NCBI GenBank assembly: GCA_947167725.1
Contig: CAMVJF010000001.1
Coordinates: 1-48,993 of the forward strand
Length of the DNA stretch: 48,993 nucleotides
Source: an uncultured Clostridia bacterium
GTDB taxonomy: Bacteria > Bacillota > Clostridia > Oscillospirales > Oscillospiraceae
Direction of reading: 5' to 3'
Part shown: positions 40,698 to 48,993 of the stretch, in pieces
Layout: the number at the start of each line of letters is the position of its first letter
How positions within the stretch are numbered: the stretch's first letter is position 1
Notes under the pieces: generated by a model
Databases searched by the model: none
The model's input: the letters and a program-made list of their open reading frames with translations, nothing else
What the model was told of the DNA's origin: nothing
Program-made: the position numbers and the translations under genes

Positions 40698-42371
40698 ATG
40701 GCCTACAAACACGGAGCCTACGGTGAAATCACCGAAAGCAAGGTAGAAAGAGCAACACAGGCCGACGTCGTAGCCGGCTACATCGGCACAGCGCCGGTCA
40801 ATCTGATCCGCGGCTGGGCGAGCCTCGATCTCGTCAATGTGCCGATCAAGATCAACAATATGGGAGACGCGCAGAGCAAGCTCGGCTACGCTTCCGACTG
40901 GAGCAAGTTTACACTCTGCGAGGCCTTCGCTCAGCATTTTGACAACACCGTCCAGAATATCGGCCCGATCTACGTCGTCAATGTTCTGGATCCTGCTGTT
41001 CACAGGAAGGCGACAGCGACAACCAAGTCTCTGACACTCGCGAACAAGCGCGTCGAGTTTGAGAGCACAACAATCATTCTCGACACCTTCGCGATCGCGG
41101 ACAAGGTGGAGGGCGTCGATTATACTCTCTCATACAATTTCGCAAAGGGCACCGTCACGCTGACATGGATCGGCTCGAACACTCCGACGACCGTCTCCGC
41201 AACCTTCAACGAGGTGGATCCCTCGGCGGTGGCTGCCGCTGACATTATCGGCTCGCAGAGCGCGGACGGCGTTTACAAGGGACTTTTCGCGTTTAAGCTG
41301 CTGTATCAGTATTTTGGCGCAGTCCTCAACATTCTGGCAGCGCCCGGCTGGAGCGAGATCCCGGAAGTCTACACCGCAATGGTGGCGACCGTCACAAAGC
41401 TGAACGGACATTGGGACGGCTTCGCGCTGGCAGACATTCCGATCGAGGATCAGAAGTCTGAGGAAGTGGACGTAACAAGCCACGCCGCGACTCTGACAGA
41501 CGCGAACCTCATTCTCAGCACCGTGGAAGTTTACAACGGCACCACAAAGGGAGCGCTCACAACGGACTACACGCTCGGCTATGCCAGCAACACGCTGACC
41601 GTCACACTCGTGAACGCCGGCGCACTTTACAGCGCCACAAAGCTGACGATCAAGTACAAAGCCAAGGTGCCGACAATTTCCGCGGCAATTACATGGAAAG
41701 CCGCGAACGGCTATACAGCCGAAAACTCCAAGGTTTTCTGGCCGCAGGTTAAGGACGGCAGCGGCAGAGTGTTCCACCTCTCCACCGCGGCTGCTGCGAC
41801 TATGCTCGCGACAGATCTCGGCAATCAGAGCGTGCCGTTTGAGTCTCCCTCGAACAAGGAGATCATGGCAACGGCTCAGTATTTCGGAGCTGCAAGCACA
41901 AACCGCGGCTTTGATCAGGACACCGCGAACAGCCTCAACGAGCAGGGCATTACGACCGCTTGCTTCTGGGCGTCCCGCTGGGTGCTCTGGGGCCCGCACA
42001 CCGCCGCCTATGCCTTCAACGGTAACATGGACGCCCGCGCGGTGTTCGACGTCAATATTCGTATGCTTATGCACATCACGAACGGCTTCCAGCTGGATCA
42101 CGGTACCGAGATTGATCAGCCTATGACTCCGCAGGACAGAGACGCGATCCTCAGCGCCGAGCGCGAGAGACTGGACACGCTGAAAGGTATCGGCGCTCTG
42201 ATCGGCGAGCCCGTCGTGGAGTTTGTGGAGGCGGAGAACCCGGTCAGCAACATGGTGAACGGCGACTTCACATGGCACTTTGACGTCACCAACACGCCGC
42301 CCTTCAAGTCTGCAACCGGCCGCGTAACCTACACGGACGAAGGTTTTCAGGCGTATTTTGAAGGCGAATAA
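40698..42371 (+). CDS. Contractile tail sheath protein
   Basis: 557 aa. N-terminus MAYKHGAYGEITES...GYIGTAPVN is typical of sheath proteins. Followed by the tube gene. Confidence 0.85.
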   Translation: MAYKHGAYGEITESKVERATQADVVAGYIGTAPVNLIRGWASLDLVNVPIKINNMGDAQSKLGYASDWSKFTLCEAFAQHFDNTVQNIGPIYVVNVLDPAVHRKATATTKSLTLANKRVEFESTTIILDTFAIADKVEGVDYTLSYNFAKGTVTLTWIGSNTPTTVSATFNEVDPSAVAAADIIGSQSADGVYKGLFAFKLLYQYFGAVLNILAAPGWSEIPEVYTAMVATVTKLNGHWDGFALADIPIEDQKSEEVDVTSHAATLTDANLILSTVEVYNGTTKGALTTDYTLGYASNTLTVTLVNAGALYSATKLTIKYKAKVPTISAAITWKAANGYTAENSKVFWPQVKDGSGRVFHLSTAAAATMLATDLGNQSVPFESPSNKEIMATAQYFGAASTNRGFDQDTANSLNEQGITTACFWASRWVLWGPHTAAYAFNGNMDARAVFDVNIRMLMHITNGFQLDHGTEIDQPMTPQDRDAILSAERERLDTLKGIGALIGEPVVEFVEAENPVSNMVNGDFTWHFDVTNTPPFKSATGRVTYTDEGFQAYFEGE

Positions 42372-42388
42372 GGAAGGAGGAACAAACA

Positions 42389-42898
42389 ATGGGAAAGTGG
42401 CAGGATATTAAGGGCCCCGTCGTGGCTGATACCGTCTACTCCAGCAATGTGCTGGTAGCGAGAGACGTCAGCTTTACGCTGCCCGGTATCGAATTTCTGA
42501 CCGCAGACGTGCAGGCCATGGGCAACATGACCGTGCCTCTCGTCGGCCTTCTGGAGAACATGGAGCTCTCGATCACAAAGGTGGGGATCGACGACGGCCT
42601 CAAAAAGCTGAATAAGCTCGAAAAGCAGAACCTCGAATTTCGCTGGGTGCAGAACGTCGTCAAGTCCGACGGCACTCAGACCGTGGAGGGCTGCAAGGCG
42701 TTTGTGCGCACTCTGCCCGCGGCGACTCCGGAGATCGGCGTCGAAGTCGGCAGCGCGCCGGAGGAAGAAATGACCTACAACGTGACAAGGCTCCAGATCT
42801 ACGTCAACGGCCGCGAATTTTTGACCGTGGACAGACTCGCCGGCATTCTCAGAGTGGACGGCAAGGACTACATGAGCAAGATCAACAGCCTGCTTTAA
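42389..42898 (+). CDS. Tail tube protein (P2 FII-like)
   Basis: 169 aa directly after the sheath gene. ...FTLPGIEFLTADVQAMGNMTVPLVG.. fits the tube family pattern. Confidence 0.8.
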   Translation: MGKWQDIKGPVVADTVYSSNVLVARDVSFTLPGIEFLTADVQAMGNMTVPLVGLLENMELSITKVGIDDGLKKLNKLEKQNLEFRWVQNVVKSDGTQTVEGCKAFVRTLPAATPEIGVEVGSAPEEEMTYNVTRLQIYVNGREFLTVDRLAGILRVDGKDYMSKINSLL

Positions 42899-42912
42899 GC
42901 ACCGGCACACCG

Positions 42913-42950
42913 AAGGACTGCCGCCGCCGGATTATGGGGGCGGCGTCCTT
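42913..42950 (+). terminator. GC-rich hairpin after the tube gene (attenuator/terminator-like)
   Basis: AAGGAC(T)GCCGCC...GGCGGCGTCCTT followed by CTTGTATT. Confidence 0.4.
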
Positions 42951-42987
42951 CTTGTATTATCTGAAAATCTGAAAGGAGTAACCCCAC

Positions 42988-43389
42988 ATGGAAAAGCTGA
43001 CACTCAAAAAGCCTATTATGGTGAACGGCGAAGAAGTCAAGGAGCTGACATACGACGCGAACGAGATCGACGGCGTGCTTTTTGCGACAGCGGAGAGCAA
43101 GAAGAAGGCGGCAGCCGGCCAGAATTTGTCGATCAGCCCGGCCGCGGAGTTTGACTATGGCCTGCACCTCTACCTCGGCTACGCTGCCATTATCGCGGTG
43201 AACCCGTCGATCGACTGGAGCGACCTCGAAAGAGTGAAAGGCCGCGACATTATGGAGATCATGAAAATCGGCCGAAGTTTTATGCTCGGCTCGGACGAGG
43301 CTTCACAGGAAAGCGACTCCGCCGAGCCTATCGAGACTACGGCAGGATCTACCACACCAGCCAAGCCGACCTCCAAAAAAAGCGAATAA
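42988..43389 (+). CDS. Tail assembly chaperone (P2 gpE / lambda gpG analogue), with a -1 frameshift extension to 43499
   Basis: 133 aa between the tube and tape measure genes. An A7 run at 43375-43381 lies just before the stop, and the -1 frame stays open to the TAA at 43497-43499. Confidence 0.7.
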   Translation: MEKLTLKKPIMVNGEEVKELTYDANEIDGVLFATAESKKKAAAGQNLSISPAAEFDYGLHLYLGYAAIIAVNPSIDWSDLERVKGRDIMEIMKIGRSFMLGSDEASQESDSAEPIETTAGSTTPAKPTSKKSE

Positions 43390-43513
43390 CCGACTTTATA
43401 CTGGAGTACGCAGAAGCGGCCGAAGATCTGGCGGAAGAACACAAACGGGCGCAGCAGCGGGCAAAGGCTCCATTTATGAAGAAACACGGCAGACACTAAG
43501 GAGGTGAGCGCGC

Positions 43514-46500
43514 GTGTCGAAAACTCTTGAAACCTCGGTCGAGATCTCCGGCGTCCTCAGTCCGTCGCTGCAATCCGCGATCCAGAAGGCCGTCGAAGGC
43601 TTCAACAATATGAGCAAGGAGGCGCTGCAAGCAGCTGGAGCGGGCGAAAAGCTGGCGGCACAAATCAAGGCAGAGGAAACCGTTCTCCGCAGCCTCGAAA
43701 GAGGCTACGCCGATTATGTCGTAGCCGGGCAGGAAGGAACGCAGGAAGCCCAGCAGCTCGCACAGCAGATCCAGACGCTCAGCAAGGAGCTGGACGGGAA
43801 CAAGGGACAACTGCAAGCAGCAGAAGCAGCAGCCGAAAAGCTCGCCAGCGGTATGGGTAAGACCGAAACCGAGTCCGACAAGCTGAGAAACACCATTTCA
43901 CAGCAAGAGAGCACGCTCCAGCAACTCAAAGAGCGATACGTCGCGCTCCAACTCTCCGAAGGCGACACCACGGACGAGTCCCGCGAGCTCGCACAGCAGA
44001 TCGACAAGCTCAGCACAGAGCTGAGCGAGAACCGGCAGAGGCTCTCTGACGCAGAGCGAGCAGCCGACGAGCTCGACAACTCTCTCGAAGAAGTGGACGA
44101 CTCTGCAAAGCTGGCAGAGGAAGGCTTCACCGTATTCAAGGCAACACTCGCAAACCTCGCAGCCGACGCGATCCGCGCAGCTATCACAGGTATCAAGGAA
44201 CTGGCGCAAAACGTGGTGGAGCTCGGCAAAGAGTTTTCGAGAACCATGTCAGAGGTGGCGGCGCTCTCCGGAGCGACCGGCGCCGAGTTTGAAAAGCTGG
44301 AAGCGACCGCCCGCGAATACGGATCCACGACCGTTTTCAGCGCCTCACAATCCGCAGAGGCTCTAAAGTACATGGCACTCGCCGGCTGGGACGTGGAGCA
44401 GTCCACGAGCGCGCTCGGCGGTGTGCTCAATCTGGCGGCAGCGTCCGGCATGGATCTGGCCGCTGCGTCGGATATGGTAACCGACTATATGAGCGCCTTC
44501 TCTCTGGAGGCTGACAAGTCGGCATACTTCGCCGATCTTCTCGCATACGCGCAGGCGCACAGCAACACAACAGCCGAGCAGCTGGGTGAAGCGTACCGGA
44601 ACTGCGCCGCAAACCTTAACGCAGCAGGGCAAGACGTCGAAACCGTCACCTCTATGCTGGAGGCTATGGCAAATCAAGGCCTAAAGGGCACAAAGTCCGG
44701 CACGGCTTTGGCTGCTATTATGCGAGACATAACAAACGCAATGGACGACGGCAAGATCTCGATCGGAGAGACTTCGATCGCCGTCACCGACGCCGAGGGC
44801 AACTACCGGGATCTGACCGATATTATCCGGGACGTATCAAACGCCGTGGACGGTATGGGAACGGCAGAACGCGCGGCGGCTCTGAGTGCGACCTTCACGG
44901 CCGACTCTACAAAGGGCATGAACTTGATCCTCAATGAAGGGATCGACAATATCGCGGGATATGAGGAAGCGCTGCGAGGCTCGTCTGGAGCAGCTGAGGA
45001 AATGGCCAAGATCATGAACGACAACCTCAGCGGCGACATGGCTCAGATGAACAGCGCGTGGGAAGAATTGCAGCTGAAACTATACGACAAGGTGGAGCCC
45101 GCGCTCCGCTCCGTCGTGCAGTACATCACAAGCGGAGTGATCCCCGCCGTGGAATGGATCACAAATCACCTGCCGGAAGTCGGCGTGGTGATCTCCGGTA
45201 TCGGCGCCGCTATTGTAGCGGTGAAATGGAAATCCGTTTTGAATTTGATAACTAAAGCGAAGGGTGCGATCAAGGGCATAACAGCCGCACTCGGAGGCGT
45301 TTCCGCTCCGGCTCTGGCCGTGATCGCCGCCGTAACTGCCGTCGCCCTCGCTTTTATGAACCTCTGGAGAAATAACGAGGAATTTCGGAACAAGATCACG
45401 GCGATCTGGGACGGTATCAAGTCAAAGTTTGACGCCTTCGGGCAAGGTATCGTGGACAGATTGAACGAGCTCGGCTTCGAGTTTACGGACATAACCGAGG
45501 TGCTGAAAGCCGTGTGGGACGGCTTTTGCGAAGTGCTCGCGCCGATTTTTGAGGGGGCATTTCAAGCAATCAGCGTATGGCTGGGGGCCGCTCTCGATAT
45601 TCTGACGGGGCTTTTCGATGTATTCGCCGGCATTTTCACAGGCGACTGGGATCGAGTCTGGAGCGGCGTCAAGGAGATTTTCGGCGGATACTGGGATCTG
45701 ATAACCGGGTATTTCTCGACCGCACTCGACACGCTCAAAGGCGTGGCAGACGTTTTCCTCGGCTGGTTTGGCACGAGCTGGGACGAGCTTTGGAGCAATG
45801 CGCCCGGCCCCGTGAGCGAGGCGTGGGACACCATAACCAGCTTTTTGAGCTCGTCGTGGGAAACGATAAAGCAGGTAAGCACAGACGCGGCGGGCAAGAT
45901 CTCGGAGTTTATGACGGGAACCTTCGCGCCGGCAGCGATCGCAGCGTGGGAAAAGATCAAGGCGGTGGCCGAGGTAGTCGCCGACTTTTTCAAAGGAACC
46001 GTGCTGCCAGATATGCAACAGATCGGCCGCTCGATCGGTGAGGCTCTGAGGGCCGGCTGGGAGCTGGCCAAAGCTGCGTGGGACTTTGCAAAGCCGTATT
46101 TTGCAGCGCTTTGGAGTGCGATCAAGGCCGTGTGGGACTTTGCCGTCCCGTTCTTTGCAGCCGTCTGGGAAGGTATCAAGGGAGCATTTAAGCCTCTGGT
46201 ATCTATCCTCGGCAGTTATTTCCGCAATGCGTGGGAAGTGATCAAAGCCGTTTGGAACGTGGCCGCATCGTATTTCAAGACCATTTTCGACACGATCGCC
46301 GGGATCTTCTCGGCCGTCAAGTCGGTGCTCCGCGGGGACTTCTCCGGGGCGTGGGACGCGATCAAGGGCGTTTTCTCCAGCTGGGGCTCGTTCTTCGGCA
46401 CTCTCTGGAACTCGCTCAAATCTATTTTCGGAGCAGTCGGCAGCTTCATGAAAGACGCATTTTCCGGCGCGTGGGAGGCCGTCAAGGCAATTTGGCGACC

Positions 46501-48993
46501 GGTGGCAGCGTGGTTTGACTCTGCCGTCCTGCAACCTCTCCGGGCGTTTTTCAGCGGCGACAGTCTGATCGCCGTCTATTTCAGAACCGCGTGGGACAAC
46601 GTGAAGCAGGTGTGGGGCGTCGCCGTCTCATTCTTCACTACATTATGGGACACAATCGCCGGGATCTTCTCGGCCGTCAAGTCGGTGCTCCACGGCGACT
46701 TCTCCGGAGCGTGGGAGGCCGTCAAGGGCATTTTTGCGAGCTGGGGCTCGTTCTTCTCCGGACTGTTCGACGCAGCGGTGAACATCTTCGCAAATATCGG
46801 CGAATTTATCGGGGCTGCCTTCTCGAAAGCGTGGGAGGGAGTCAAGAGCATTTGGAGCACGGCGGCCGGGTGGTTTGAGTCCGGCGTGCTGGAGCCGATT
46901 TGTGCATTTTTCGGCGGTGACAGCGTGATCGCTGCGTATTTCAGAACAGCGTGGGAAAACGTGAAGGAGGTGTGGGGCGTCGCTGCCTCGTACTTCCAGA
47001 CCGTGTTCGACACGATCGCCGGGATCTTCTCGGCCGTCAAGTCGGTGCTCCGCGGGGACTTCTCCGGGGCGTGGGACGCGATCAAGGGCGTTTTCTCTAG
47101 CTGGGGCTCGTTCTTCTCCGGGCTCTGGGACTCTGTAAAGAACATTTTCAGCAACACCACGAGCTTCTTCGGAACCGTATTCTCGAAGGCGTGGGAGGGC
47201 GTCAAAAACATTTGGAGCGCAGCGGCCGGGTGGTTTGACTCTGCCGTCCTGCAACCTCTCCGGACGTTTTTCAGCGGCGACAGCGTGATCGCTCAGTATT
47301 TCAGAACGGCGTGGGAGAACATCAAAACCGTTTGGAATGTGGCAGCCTCGTATTTCAAGACCATTTTCGACACGATCGCCGGGATCTTCTCGGCCGTCAA
47401 GTCGGTGCTCCACGGCGACTTCTCCGGAGCGTGGGAGGCAGTCAAGGGCATTTTTGCGAGCTGGGGCTCGTTCTTCTCCGGGCTCTGGGACTCTGTAAAG
47501 AGCATTTTCAGCAACACCGTGGGCTTCTTTGGCTCGCTTTTTGGTGCAGCATGGGACGCAATCAAGGGGATCTGGCAATCGGTGGCGGCGTGGTTTGACT
47601 CCACGATCGTGCGGCCGGTGGCCGGCTTCTTCGCCGGACTGTGGGACGGCATAAGCAGCGCGGCCTCTACCGCGTGGGCTGCCGTTTCCGGCGTCTGGAG
47701 CGCAGCGACGGCGTGGTTTAACGACACGATCGTCGAGCCGATCCGGACGACATTCACGGCTCTGTGGGACTCTCTGACAGCGATCGCCTCGGCGGCGTGG
47801 GAGAAGATCAAGAACGTGGTACAGTTTGGCGTCATGCTCGTTAAGGAAATTTTGAGCGCAGCCTTCCAGATCATAACGCTGCCGTTTAGGTTTATCTGGG
47901 AGAACTGCAAGGACACCGTGATCGCGATCTGGGAGAACATCACCGGAGCGATCTCCGGCTTTGTTGACAAAATCAAGACCACGATCTCCGAAAAGCTGGA
48001 GGCGGCGAAGGCAATCGTCACCGCCGTGACGACTACGATCAAGAACGTGGCGAGCGCCGCGTGGAACGCGATCAGCTCGACCGCTTCGACAGTCTGGGAG
48101 GCTATCAAGACCACGATCTCGGACAAAATCACAGCGGCAAAGGATAAGATCGACGCCGTGACGACTACGATCAAGAATGTGGCCGGCGCTGCGTGGGACT
48201 TTGTGAGCTCCAAGACGTCAGCGGCGTGGGAGGCTATCAAGACCGCGATCTCCGACAAAATAACAGCCGCAAAGGATAAGATCGACGCCGTGACCGGCAC
48301 GATCAAGAACGTGGCCGGCGCTGCGTGGGACTTTGTAAGCTCCAAGACGTCGGCAGCGTGGGAGGCTATCAAGAGCGCGATCAGCTCGAAGATCGACGCG
48401 GCAAAGCAGAAGATCAGCGCCGTGACGACCACGATCAAGAGCGTGGCGAGCGCTGCGTGGGACTTTGTGAGCTCCAAGACGTCAGCAGCGTGGGAGACTA
48501 TCAAGACCGCAATCTCCGACAAAATCACAGCGGCAAAGGACAAGATCGACGCCGTATTGAACGCCGTTAAGAGCGTGATCGGCGCTGCGTGGGACTTTGT
48601 AAGCTCCAAGACGTCGGCAGCGTGGGAGGCTATCAAGAGCGCGATCAGCTCGAAGATCGACGCGGCAAAGCAGAAGATCAGCGCCGTGACCGGCACGATC
48701 AAGAGCATGGCGAGCTCCGCGTGGGACGCCGTAAGCTCTAAAACCTCGGCAGCGTGGGAAACCGTCAAGAGCACAATCGGCTCGAAGATTGACACAGCAA
48801 AGCAGGCATTTTCAACGGCCAGCGGCGCGATCCAGAGCACGGCGAGCTCCGTCTGGAACTCTATCAGCTCGACCGCCTCGACGACGTGGGAGTCTATCAG
48901 AGGGCACATCAGCGGCAAGATCGACGCAGCAAAGCAGACATTTTCAACGGCCAGCGGCGCGATCCAGAGCACGGCGAGCTCCGTCTGGAACTC
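43514..48993 (+). CDS. Tape measure protein, N-terminal 1826 codons (runs off the window end and continues at 1..971)
   Basis: GTG at 43514, 9 nt after AAGGAGG. Coiled-coil N-terminus, then the conserved core GKEFSRTMSEVAALSGATGAEFEKLEATAREYGSTTVFSASQSAEALKYMALAGW, TM helices, then W/F-periodic repeats. Total 2131 aa as assembled. Confidence 0.9.
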   Translation, partial: MSKTLETSVEISGVLSPSLQSAIQKAVEGFNNMSKEALQAAGAGEKLAAQIKAEETVLRSLERGYADYVVAGQEGTQEAQQLAQQIQTLSKELDGNKGQLQAAEAAAEKLASGMGKTETESDKLRNTISQQESTLQQLKERYVALQLSEGDTTDESRELAQQIDKLSTELSENRQRLSDAERAADELDNSLEEVDDSAKLAEEGFTVFKATLANLAADAIRAAITGIKELAQNVVELGKEFSRTMSEVAALSGATGAEFEKLEATAREYGSTTVFSASQSAEALKYMALAGWDVEQSTSALGGVLNLAAASGMDLAAASDMVTDYMSAFSLEADKSAYFADLLAYAQAHSNTTAEQLGEAYRNCAANLNAAGQDVETVTSMLEAMANQGLKGTKSGTALAAIMRDITNAMDDGKISIGETSIAVTDAEGNYRDLTDIIRDVSNAVDGMGTAERAAALSATFTADSTKGMNLILNEGIDNIAGYEEALRGSSGAAEEMAKIMNDNLSGDMAQMNSAWEELQLKLYDKVEPALRSVVQYITSGVIPAVEWITNHLPEVGVVISGIGAAIVAVKWKSVLNLITKAKGAIKGITAALGGVSAPALAVIAAVTAVALAFMNLWRNNEEFRNKITAIWDGIKSKFDAFGQGIVDRLNELGFEFTDITEVLKAVWDGFCEVLAPIFEGAFQAISVWLGAALDILTGLFDVFAGIFTGDWDRVWSGVKEIFGGYWDLITGYFSTALDTLKGVADVFLGWFGTSWDELWSNAPGPVSEAWDTITSFLSSSWETIKQVSTDAAGKISEFMTGTFAPAAIAAWEKIKAVAEVVADFFKGTVLPDMQQIGRSIGEALRAGWELAKAAWDFAKPYFAALWSAIKAVWDFAVPFFAAVWEGIKGAFKPLVSILGSYFRNAWEVIKAVWNVAASYFKTIFDTIAGIFSAVKSVLRGDFSGAWDAIKGVFSSWGSFFGTLWNSLKSIFGAVGSFMKDAFSGAWEAVKAIWRPVAAWFDSAVLQPLRAFFSGDSLIAVYFRTAWDNVKQVWGVAVSFFTTLWDTIAGIFSAVKSVLHGDFSGAWEAVKGIFASWGSFFSGLFDAAVNIFANIGEFIGAAFSKAWEGVKSIWSTAAGWFESGVLEPICAFFGGDSVIAAYFRTAWENVKEVWGVAASYFQTVFDTIAGIFSAVKSVLRGDFSGAWDAIKGVFSSWGSFFSGLWDSVKNIFSNTTSFFGTVFSKAWEGVKNIWSAAAGWFDSAVLQPLRTFFSGDSVIAQYFRTAWENIKTVWNVAASYFKTIFDTIAGIFSAVKSVLHGDFSGAWEAVKGIFASWGSFFSGLWDSVKSIFSNTVGFFGSLFGAAWDAIKGIWQSVAAWFDSTIVRPVAGFFAGLWDGISSAASTAWAAVSGVWSAATAWFNDTIVEPIRTTFTALWDSLTAIASAAWEKIKNVVQFGVMLVKEILSAAFQIITLPFRFIWENCKDTVIAIWENITGAISGFVDKIKTTISEKLEAAKAIVTAVTTTIKNVASAAWNAISSTASTVWEAIKTTISDKITAAKDKIDAVTTTIKNVAGAAWDFVSSKTSAAWEAIKTAISDKITAAKDKIDAVTGTIKNVAGAAWDFVSSKTSAAWEAIKSAISSKIDAAKQKISAVTTTIKSVASAAWDFVSSKTSAAWETIKTAISDKITAAKDKIDAVLNAVKSVIGAAWDFVSSKTSAAWEAIKSAISSKIDAAKQKISAVTGTIKSMASSAWDAVSSKTSAAWETVKSTIGSKIDTAKQAFSTASGAIQSTASSVWNSISSTASTTWESIRGHISGKIDAAKQTFSTASGAIQSTASSVWN

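Noticed and set aside
46217-48993. Regularly spaced direct repeats that could be mistaken for a CRISPR array or a non-coding minisatellite.
   Set aside because: The repeats are in frame within one continuous ORF, the tape measure protein. They are contiguous with no unique spacers, and their periods (360 and 132 nt) are multiples of three.
1-48993. Searched by eye for tRNA, tmRNA or rRNA genes, CRISPR arrays, and transposase or IS elements.
   Set aside because: No cloverleaf-type sequence with T-loop consensus, no repeat-spacer array and no transposase-like ORF were seen. The only recombinase is the serine integrase. A dedicated tRNA scan was not possible here.

Overview
The window is a complete, circularly closed genome of a temperate contractile-tailed phage. 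The first 55 nt (1-55) are identical to the last 55 nt (48939-48993), so the unique length is about 48,938 bp. GC content is high and almost every gene has an AGGAGG-type ribosome-binding site. That pattern fits a high-GC Firmicutes/Clostridia-type host, but this is inference only.

Gene order:
- Tape measure C-terminus, which wraps across the junction (1-971).
- Baseplate and tail fibre genes of P2/PBSX type (964-6704).
- A full diversity-generating retroelement (DGR), 6720-9725: target gene with variable region (VR), accessory protein Avd, template region (TR), spacer RNA and reverse transcriptase.
- Lysis cassette (9730-12169).
- Lysogeny module on the minus strand (12271-15260): large serine recombinase, a translationally coupled SWIM zinc-finger protein, and a CI-like repressor.
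- Divergent promoter switch (15261-15445).
- Early, replication and recombination genes (15446-29918). These include a DnaQ-like exonuclease, ERF, SSB, replisome organiser, G39P-like loader, RecU, a Dam methyltransferase broken at a G7 tract, a ParB-methyltransferase fusion and a sigma-like late regulator.
- Two AT-rich non-coding islands flanking a gpZ-like gene (29919-31480).
- Lambda-type packaging and head genes (31481-38945): Nu1-like TerS, GpA-like TerL, gpW, portal, ClpP-like protease/scaffold, gpD-like decoration protein and gpE-like capsid protein.
- Neck, sheath, tube and tail chaperone with a -1 frameshift site.
- A 2131-aa, highly repetitive tape measure protein (43514 onward).

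The DGR is the most notable system. Other points worth follow-up are a phased decamer array with a promoter and an immediate terminator ahead of the late operon, putative cos and ori repeat elements, and the poly-G break in Dam.

All functional calls come from reading the translated ORFs and recalling family motifs. No database search was run.
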